DNA from: a virus
Virus record (IMG/VR): IMGVR_UViG_3300043409_002109
Coordinates: 1-64,000 of that record
Strand: one strand, 5' to 3'
Length of the DNA stretch: 64,000 nt
Part shown: in pieces, positions 1 through 5,436 of the stretch
How the letters are laid out: the number at the start of each line of letters is the position of its first letter
Position numbering within the stretch: position 1 is the first letter of the stretch
The notes under the pieces: model-generated
Databases searched by the model: none
Told to the model about the DNA's origin: nothing
Seen by the model: only the letters and a program-made list of their open reading frames with translations
Program-made: the position numbers and the translations under genes

Positions 1-12
1 TACCAACATAGG

Positions 13-30
13 CCATAAAAAGAAAAAGGG
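13..30 (-). promoter_or_regulatory. Pyrimidine-tract+TATGG motif, copy 5 (candidate phage-RNAP promoter)
   Basis: Minus strand reads CCCTTTTTCTTTTTATGG; same motif at 1421, 1559, 1895 and 2362, all in the same orientation. The function is inferred. Confidence 0.45.
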
Positions 31-50
31 TGATGTCCCCTCTTTCTTTT
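17..50 (-). terminator. Intrinsic terminator (possibly bidirectional) downstream of the 93-494 gene
   Basis: Imperfect inverted repeat aaaagaaaaaggg-tgatgt-cccctctttctttt, with T-rich tails on both strands. Confidence 0.6.
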
Positions 51-92
51 ACATCTCACTCAAGAGTCATGGCTAGTAAGAGCCAGTGCTGA

Positions 93-494
93 TCAGACCA
101 GCAGTACGGGCCGCGCCCGCATCAGCCGCAGCCCACGGCCCCCGCCGTAGCCGATGGGGGTGGTCAGGACGGGACGAGCCCGTTCCTTGGCGGCCAGGAG
201 CCGAAGCTCCATAGGGCCGGGGCGGGAGGAGGAGCGCAGGGGACGCTCCTCCCAGGCGAACGGGGTGAGGCGGGTGTCCACCTCCTCCTCCTCCTCCTCA
301 TCCAGCTCCGAGGGGAGCGTGGTGCGCCCCTCCAGGAAGTCACGGCAGAAGGCCTTGGCCTCCCGCTTGACCCCCCGATCCTCGGCCACCTGGCCCAGGA
401 CCCCGTGGAGCCCCCACAGGAGGCCGATCAGCCCCCCGAGGTAGGCCCAGAGGGTGACACCGATCATCTGCGCGGCCATTTCATATGCAATCAC
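93..494 (-). CDS. Small membrane-anchored hypothetical protein (N-terminal hydrophobic helix, poly-Glu tract, basic C-terminus), ~133 aa
   Basis: Strong G/C bias at third codon positions in this frame; GGAG 6 nt before a GTG at 494 (track start TTG 506 lacks an RBS); followed by a terminator. Confidence 0.75.
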   Translation of the reverse strand: MIAYEMAAQMIGVTLWAYLGGLIGLLWGLHGVLGQVAEDRGVKREAKAFCRDFLEGRTTLPSELDEEEEEEVDTRLTPFAWEERPLRSSSRPGPMELRLLAAKERARPVLTTPIGYGGGRGLRLMRARPVLLV

Positions 495-524
495 GGTGAT
501 CTCCAATTGCTCTTATGAGCGGTG

Positions 525-1421
525 AAGAGGACGTATCCTCTGGTTTCCCTTTTAGCCTGAGGGTACAGTTGGTACGGACGTACCGGGGATGTGGGCCTCT
601 CACCCACTCGACGCCACACTGAGGTAGTGGTATTGCCCTGTCTCTCTATGAGAGCCCTTTGGATGAGATACGCTCATCCTCGGATGCCCCCGTAGCATCG
701 AATGTCCGGGTAGACCCTGATAGGCTATCGCTTCTCTAGGGGATTGTTGCCGTTTTTGGCTGACCAGCCTCAAGTGCTTCGGCGCACTACACCCATAGGG
801 AACTTCCATCCCCATGTATCCCAGGTGTACTAGTATCCCCGATCAAGGGGCCTATGATACACCCATATGGTTATTCTCCATGCGTATACCCACGTCTCAC
901 GACGTTAGGTGCGCACAGACTACTTAGTGTCAGTACATAGTGTATAGGAGAGGAACCGCTGTCCTCCTCCATCACCCATCCTGACCTAAGTGTACGGTAA
1001 CTGCCTGTACCGTACTTCCCCACCATGGTAGGGGTTAGGAGCCTTACTATCACCCAGGCTACTGGGTAGTGGTTTCCGCCAAACCACCAAAGCGCTAATA
1101 CCTCGACCGACTATGCACACTACTATACAGTTCTAGGGCCTAGGCCACAGCTAACCTACTCCTTCCCTGTGTTGGGGCTAGGTACGTATTGCTGTACTGT
1201 ACGCATTGTGCATCTCTTGTCGAGATACGGGTGTGTTGCGCCTTAGCACAACAGTGACCCTGCGTATGACTTATACACACTGTATTCGATGCAGTATCCT
1301 TAGGTTGGTTAGACCATAGGACTTACATTATACTCATATGTATATGTGCTCAACCAGGTTATTTGTTACGCAGGACATGAAGCGATGTCATACGCACTTG
1401 AGGTCATCCATTACAGAGGAC
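525..1421 (-). ncRNA. Candidate large (~900 nt) structured non-coding RNA or giant structured leader
   Basis: No convincing CDS. More than 12 local hairpins, with G-U pairs on the minus strand (e.g. 1234-1253, 1210-1228, 1051-1068); GUGA and UACG tetraloops; long-range helices 1387-1406/1255-1270, 1394-1403/768-777 and 1414-1421/535-542. Confidence 0.6.
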
Positions 1422-1504
1422 CATAAAAAAGAAAGAACAAGAAGAAGAAAAAAGAGAAAGGGCAGAGGGGCCAAAGCCTCCTTCGTGATGTTTTCGTACA
1501 CCAT
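1388..1504 (-). CDS. Possible 38-aa hydrophobic peptide MVYENITKEALAPLPFLFFLLLVLSFLWSSVMDDLKCV
   Basis: GGAGGT just upstream of the ATG; first codons are GC3-rich. The hydrophobic core is encoded by the pyrimidine tract, so it may be incidental. Confidence 0.35.
   Translation of the reverse strand: MVYENITKEALAPLPFLFFLLLVLSFLWSSVMDDLKCV
1421..1435 (-). promoter_or_regulatory. Pyrimidine-tract+TATGG motif, copy 4, directly 5' of the candidate ncRNA
   Basis: Minus strand TTTCTTTTTTATGG, preceded by a longer Y-tract extending to 1462. Confidence 0.45.
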
Positions 1505-1558
1505 AGTACCTCCATGAGTACGTACTACCCGGTTAGATGGGCGTATGTGTACTCAGTA

Positions 1559-1581
1559 CCATAGAAAGAAAAAAGAAAAGG
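1559..1581 (-). promoter_or_regulatory. Pyrimidine-tract+TATGG motif, copy 3
   Basis: Minus strand CCTTTTCTTTTTTCTTTCTATGG, separated by CAG from the U-tail of the upstream terminator. Confidence 0.45.
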
Positions 1582-1584
1582 CTG

Positions 1585-1618
1585 AAGAAAGAAAGGCCCG
1601 GGGATTTCTCCCCGGGCC
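1585..1618 (-). terminator. Intrinsic terminator
   Basis: Minus strand GGCCCGGGGA-GAAA-TCCCCGGGCC (10-bp stem, GNRA loop) then TTTCTTTCTT, 12 nt after the stop of 1631-1801. Confidence 0.85.
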
Positions 1619-1630
1619 ACAGCTCGTAGT

Positions 1631-1801
1631 CTAGAACTTCAACCTCCCCCATACGAGGGCCGTGCCCAGAATGGCGCAGGGGAAGGCCCCCGCGATCCAC
1701 GAGAACTGGTGGAGGGGATCCTCCACCAGGAAGCCCTGGAACTCCGGGTGGAGCACGAGGGCGAGGGCCGCAAGCACATGGGCGAGGACGATCTTGGACA
1801 T
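1631..1801 (-). CDS. 56-aa small membrane protein MSKIVLAHVLAALALVLHPEFQGFLVEDPLHQFSWIAGAFPCAILGTALVWGRLKF (not in ORF track)
   Basis: GGAGA RBS upstream, strong GC3 bias, two hydrophobic segments, terminator directly downstream. Confidence 0.75.
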   Translation of the reverse strand: MSKIVLAHVLAALALVLHPEFQGFLVEDPLHQFSWIAGAFPCAILGTALVWGRLKF

Positions 1802-1894
1802 GCAGTCTCCAGAGGCAATGCATATCGTACTAGGCTACATACCTACACTATAGCGACATGCTACAGCACAGGTACATAGTGCTAGTATGCACTA

Positions 1895-1911
1895 CCATAG
1901 AAAAGAAAAGG
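1895..1911 (-). promoter_or_regulatory. Pyrimidine-tract+TATGG motif, copy 2
   Basis: Minus strand CCTTTTCTTTTCTATGG with no GC-rich terminator stem before it; ~95 nt upstream of the 56-aa gene. Confidence 0.5.
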
Positions 1912-1919
1912 TATATACC

Positions 1920-2075
1920 CTATGGTATGGATATGTACATGGTATGCCTATGTATGCGTGCATACCCATGTATTAGGTACCACACACACACACACACGTA
2001 TACGTATGAGGTATACATATACCTATGTACATACCTATGTGTAGTAGGTACATACATGGTGTGTGTGCATGGTGA
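1920..2075. repeat. Alternating purine/pyrimidine, palindrome-rich tract including (CA)8
   Basis: (CA)8C at 1981-1997; uninterrupted RY alternation 1981-2008; palindromes ACGTATACGT and TATGTACATA; ATACCTATGT twice; (TG)4 at ~2060-2067. Confidence 0.8.
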
Positions 2076-2080
2076 TGCGT

Positions 2081-2121
2081 AAAAGAAAGGGGCCTACACC
2101 TATGGTTAGTAGATGTAGGCC
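2081..2121 (-). terminator. Intrinsic terminator
   Basis: Minus strand GGCCTACATCTA-CTAACCA-TAGGTGTAGGCC (12 bp with one U-G pair) followed by CCTTTCTTTT, just after the stop at 2131. Confidence 0.8.
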
Positions 2122-2130
2122 ACGTATTCC

Positions 2131-2298
2131 TCACTGCACGATGTAGTGCATCTCACAGGGCTCAGCCCAATTGTAGGATTGAGCCCAGATGAACACGATG
2201 ATCATGCCCTGTGCTTCCTGCACCTCGATGCAAAGCTGAGCCTCATCGAGGACGAGGCTCACAATCTTCTTCGCCAAGTCAAGCTTAGTGATAGACAT
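2131..2298 (-). CDS. 55-aa hypothetical protein (MSITKLDLAKKIV...)
   Basis: Lies between motif copy 1 and a terminator. Start at 2298 chosen over track start 2349 on a weak GGAAA RBS, so the start is uncertain. Confidence 0.6.
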   Translation of the reverse strand: MSITKLDLAKKIVSLVLDEAQLCIEVQEAQGMIIVFIWAQSYNWAEPCEMHYIVQ

Positions 2299-2361
2299 AT
2301 CGTTTCCAGGGGTAACACATTGAATCCTCTTACATCGCGATTGATGCATGTAGGATGTGCT

Positions 2362-2383
2362 CCATAAAAAAGAAAAAGAAAGG
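2362..2383 (-). promoter_or_regulatory. Pyrimidine-tract+TATGG motif, copy 1 (first of the leftward block)
   Basis: Minus strand CCTTTCTTTTTCTTTTTTATGG; no leftward gene ends upstream of it, so it is not simply a terminator tail. Confidence 0.5.
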
Positions 2384-2463
2384 TAGGTACGAGCAGGAAT
2401 ATATCCCGGTGGGCTCGGATCTCGAAGGGTAGCGCAAACTACTATCTATATACCTGGTCCAAC

Positions 2464-2580
2464 CCTACTATATCTATTTTATAGCTTATTTAGTTCCAAA
2501 AAAATATTACAAAACCAAGGACCTAATTCCTATATTGGCATCCTACTATATCTATTTACCTCCTCATTAGTTCCAAAAAA
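2464..2580 (+). repeat. Bipartite direct repeat (2 copies, ~78-bp period) in the AT-rich divergence junction
   Basis: CCTACTATATCTATTT at 2464-2479 and 2542-2557; TTAGTTCCAAAAAA at 2490-2503 and 2567-2580. Confidence 0.85.
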
Positions 2581-2669
2581 CTTTATGGATTTCACTCTCT
2601 CCTTCCCCCCTCTTTTTCTTTAAAAAATTACAGAAAAAATTTTGAAAAACTAATATTCGTGCCTAAATA

Positions 2670-2930
2670 GTGTGCATGTACGAACTTAGCACCAAAATTA
2701 ATGCTCTTCATCGGGCACTAGAGAAACTTACTGGTTTTCACTCTTATCGCTATAAGCATTTTGTAGATAGCTCTCCTCATGGAGAGGCCTGTAAATATGC
2801 GATAACGACGAAGAAGTACTATGAGCTAGAGCATGAACGTGAGGGACTTTATCATCTCCTCGTTGGGATGAGAGACAGAATCGATATAATCTTAGAGGAA
2901 CATCTAAATGAAGCTAAAAATAACGAGTGA
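2670..2930 (+). CDS. Hypothetical protein
   Basis: First ORF of the rightward block; overlaps the next gene; start may be ATG 2676. Confidence 0.55.
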   Translation: MCMYELSTKINALHRALEKLTGFHSYRYKHFVDSSPHGEACKYAITTKKYYELEHEREGLYHLLVGMRDRIDIILEEHLNEAKNNE

Positions 2931-3180
2931 TGGCACTCGGGCGGGCACTTATCTTTCTACCCTAGATGGTGAGCTGATAGAGAACGTATTACTTGTTAGT
3001 TGGAATCTCTCCTTGGAGGATGAGATGTCTATAGCTATGGTAGAACTCTTGGGCGTACCATGTGAGATCATTACTGAATACCGGAATATAGAGATAGCTG
3101 CTATGCCTATGCAGGATCCTAATCTAGTAGTAGAAGATGAAGACTGGATAATTTTAACAAACAAAAAAGGAATAGAATAA
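2908..3180 (+). CDS. Hypothetical acidic protein
   Basis: GAGGA RBS; stop overlaps the next start (TAATG). Confidence 0.7.
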   Translation: MKLKITSDGTRAGTYLSTLDGELIENVLLVSWNLSLEDEMSIAMVELLGVPCEIITEYRNIEIAAMPMQDPNLVVEDEDWIILTNKKGIE

Positions 3181-3437
3181 TGCCATTAATAGAATTTCAG
3201 ACTAGCTCTGAAGGCAAGATCAAAGCCAGACTGACTGATCAGGAGTATGTGCCAAGTGAGTTGGATCAAGCTGCAGCCAAGATGGGCGTGATGGAGATAA
3301 AGAACCTGGAGGCACAATGGGATAAGCGGCGCGCGAGGTTCTTCGAGTGGGCTCTAGAGAACCCCAAGGAGCTAGATATGCTCCTAGATGAAGTAGACAG
3401 CGCGGGGATCCTTTATGGGTACGAGTACAATGATTAA
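3180..3437 (+). CDS. Hypothetical protein
   Basis: AAGGA RBS and translational coupling on both sides. Confidence 0.7.
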   Translation: MPLIEFQTSSEGKIKARLTDQEYVPSELDQAAAKMGVMEIKNLEAQWDKRRARFFEWALENPKELDMLLDEVDSAGILYGYEYND

Positions 3438-4038
3438 AGAACTTAAGGTCAAGTTTGTCGCCCTACTTGATAAGGTGATAAATGATAGCACTGCGAGATC
3501 ACAGAAGATAAAGGAGCAGGCGTTCACAGAAAAGATTATGTCAGCAATCAGACAGACTGATATTAAGAACGTGAACAATCATGTAGCAAGATCTTCTTAT
3601 GAACTAGGGAAGATGGATCCACTCTCCAAGATGGCGATGACTAAATCTTTTTCTGGAATGGACGTTTCTTTATATTTTTCCGAACACCCAGAGGACTGGC
3701 ACCCCAAGAGGGGAGGTAAAAGATATGGGAAAGCCCAGGCCATCAGCTGGAACCATTATCGGGACTCGGTAACCTCTGACAATCTTCACGGTAGTATTAT
3801 TGATCTTGCTTTAGATCATTTGAATTGCCCAGCAGGAGAATGTTTGACAGTGGTGGCCCTTAATGAGTACGGGTACGGCACTATCCTCATGCAGGTACGA
3901 GACTTCAAGGTAATCAAAACTAGCTTTGGAATTTCTATCGATGATATAGTCGCAGAACAAGTCCACGAATGGACTGGTACCTTTCATTACCAAGGAGCCA
4001 TGCATGGTTATCGAGAAGAAGAAGCCGGGGATAGTTAA
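3430..4038 (+). CDS. Hypothetical protein (~202 aa)
   Basis: Long ORF in the operon; ATG 3430 overlaps the previous stop (alternative start 3415). Confidence 0.7.
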   Translation: MIKELKVKFVALLDKVINDSTARSQKIKEQAFTEKIMSAIRQTDIKNVNNHVARSSYELGKMDPLSKMAMTKSFSGMDVSLYFSEHPEDWHPKRGGKRYGKAQAISWNHYRDSVTSDNLHGSIIDLALDHLNCPAGECLTVVALNEYGYGTILMQVRDFKVIKTSFGISIDDIVAEQVHEWTGTFHYQGAMHGYREEEAGDS

Positions 4039-4243
4039 AGAGAGCCAGAGGAAACTCGTGGCATTTACAGTAGCTAATGTAGCTATAATACTCGTAGCCC
4101 TTGTGGGAGTGCCTTTGCACTTGCCACAAGCAGCAATAGAAAGTACTCAGTGGGCATTAATCGCCTCTCTTGGTATTTTTAGCGGCGCTAACGTGGGTGA
4201 ACATTTTGCAAATAAATCTAAATTACAAAAAGAGGAGCCCTAA
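4004..4243 (+). CDS. Small two-TM membrane protein, holin-like
   Basis: Basic N-terminus, two hydrophobic segments (LVAFTVANVAIILVALVGV; WALIASLGIFSGANV), charged C-tail; AGGAG upstream. Confidence 0.55.
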   Translation: MVIEKKKPGIVKESQRKLVAFTVANVAIILVALVGVPLHLPQAAIESTQWALIASLGIFSGANVGEHFANKSKLQKEEP

Positions 4244-4244
4244 T

Positions 4245-4496
4245 ATGGCAGCCAAGAAGAAAGTTAAAGAAACAACTGTTTCAGTACGTGGTGTAGTGAT
4301 TCCAGTAGGAGAGATTATAGCTGCGCTACCAGCGGCTGTTGCCGCCTGTCAGCTTTCAGCCGCCGACAACAAAGAGGCTAGCTCTCCCGGTGGAGAAAAG
4401 GTTACTGCCGCTGAGGTCCTAGAGGATCTCGGTAAGTTCTTTGAGGTTCTCCTTCAGAAGAGTCTGCCCGCTACCCTTAAGGCTAACGGCATATAA
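4245..4496 (+). CDS. Hypothetical protein (83 aa)
   Basis: GAGGAG RBS before ATG 4245 (track start 4170 is too early). Confidence 0.7.
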   Translation: MAAKKKVKETTVSVRGVVIPVGEIIAALPAAVAACQLSAADNKEASSPGGEKVTAAEVLEDLGKFFEVLLQKSLPATLKANGI

Positions 4497-4497
4497 T

Positions 4498-5286
4498 ATG
4501 AGTAAGTCGCTTCTCAGTAAAAAGGAACTTCAGTCTCTAGAGGAGCGACAGACTCTGGCTTTGCAAGAAATCTCTGAGATCGATCCCGATTACCAGAAAT
4601 ACCTCGAAAAGCTGCCGGCGCGAAGACGGGAGAGGATACATCGACAGGTGGCAAAGACCAGAAATGGTCTTTACACCATCGCCCCCACTACCTGCGTCGG
4701 GCCGTCTAAGTGCCTCTTCATCGAGCAATGCCCGATACCTGATAGAGGGCCCGGCGGCGAAATAGTACTAGGGGATCTTAAAGATTACCCTATGTATCGT
4801 CCGTGCGTATTTGAGATGCTTTATATGCAGCAGAAAGTTATAGACTATATGCAGCATCTTGGAGTAGACCCAGAGAATCCTATAGAGATGGCTCTAGTAA
4901 ATGACTTGGCTGTTATCGACCTATATAAAAATCGCGCGATGCTGATTATGGCTGGCGGAGATAAAGAGGGCGATGGGCGAGATTTTATGAAGAGAGACAT
5001 GATGGAACAGCAGGGTGAACATGGTACTCTTACGAGTACCCAGACTCAGTTACATCCAGCTGCTACCTATCTGGATACTCTGGAGAAGAGGCGTAGCAGA
5101 CTGCTAGAAGGGCTCCAGGAGACCCGTAAAGGCAAGATGGACGTGGCTATCAAGCTAGGGCAGGGGGGTAAGGACAGCGCTCTCCGTGAGGAGCTAATAC
5201 TCATTAAGAAGGCACTAGAGGCCGCCGTCTCGATTCCCCAAGCGGGGGCGAAAGATGAACAGCTATTGCTTATTGATGATGATTAG
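4498..5286 (+). CDS. Probable terminase small subunit (Cys cluster, helical core)
   Basis: CxxxxxCxxxxxC...C cluster followed by HPAATYLDTLEKRRSRLLEGL..TRK, reminiscent of P27-type TerS C-terminal helices; upstream of TerL. Start at ATG 4498. Confidence 0.5.
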   Translation: MSKSLLSKKELQSLEERQTLALQEISEIDPDYQKYLEKLPARRRERIHRQVAKTRNGLYTIAPTTCVGPSKCLFIEQCPIPDRGPGGEIVLGDLKDYPMYRPCVFEMLYMQQKVIDYMQHLGVDPENPIEMALVNDLAVIDLYKNRAMLIMAGGDKEGDGRDFMKRDMMEQQGEHGTLTSTQTQLHPAATYLDTLEKRRSRLLEGLQETRKGKMDVAIKLGQGGKDSALREELILIKKALEAAVSIPQAGAKDEQLLLIDDD

Positions 5287-5331
5287 TTATATAGTTCTTA
5301 TAGAGGGTTGATCTCTCTATAGGAGGCCATG

Positions 5332-5370
5332 ATGGTCAAGAAAAGACAGGGTAAATTCAAAACTCGTTAA
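5332..5370 (+). CDS. Possible 12-aa basic micro-peptide MVKKRQGKFKTR
   Basis: Perfect AGGAGG at 5321-5326, ATG at 5329/5332, TAA at 5368-5370, then a terminator-like hairpin. Confidence 0.35.
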   Translation: MVKKRQGKFKTR

Positions 5371-5392
5371 AACCTAAATAGCTAAGAATAAG

Positions 5393-5425
5393 AAGGTCTG
5401 GTACAGTGTATCAGACCTTTCTTAT
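5393..5425 (+). terminator. Terminator-like hairpin upstream of the 1023-aa gene
   Basis: AAGGTCTGGTAC-AGT-GTATCAGACCTT (one G-U pair on the plus strand) followed by TCTTAT. Confidence 0.65.
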
Positions 5426-5436
5426 GTGGAGAGTAA

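Noticed and set aside
154-444. Plus-strand 96-aa Ser/Arg-rich ORF
   Set aside because: Antisense shadow of the GC3-biased 93-494 gene.
600-1053. Track ORFs 600-815 and 871-1053 (-)
   Set aside because: No clear RBS or GC3 bias like the neighbouring genes, and they lie in hairpin-dense sequence; cannot be fully excluded.
525-1397. Group II intron (minus-strand GTGCG at 1393-1397), group I intron, RNase P RNA, tmRNA or hammerhead as the identity of the structured region
   Set aside because: I found no domain V (AGC/CGC triad hairpin), no ordered P7 R/S elements, no GAGGAAAGUCC, no tRNA-like ends and no CUGANGA core by eye; a covariance-model search is still needed.
1533-1853. Track ORFs 1533-1823 (-) and 1662-1853 (+)
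   Set aside because: Off-frame or antisense to the 56-aa gene, which has the RBS, codon bias and terminator; 1533-1823 would read through the terminator.
1858-2082. 74-aa Tyr/Cys/Thr-rich ORF
   Set aside because: A by-product of the alternating RY low-complexity tract; no RBS.
13-2383. CRISPR array formed by the CCATA-A/G-rich repeats
   Set aside because: Copies vary in length, spacing is irregular (about 140-1400 bp), and genes lie between them.
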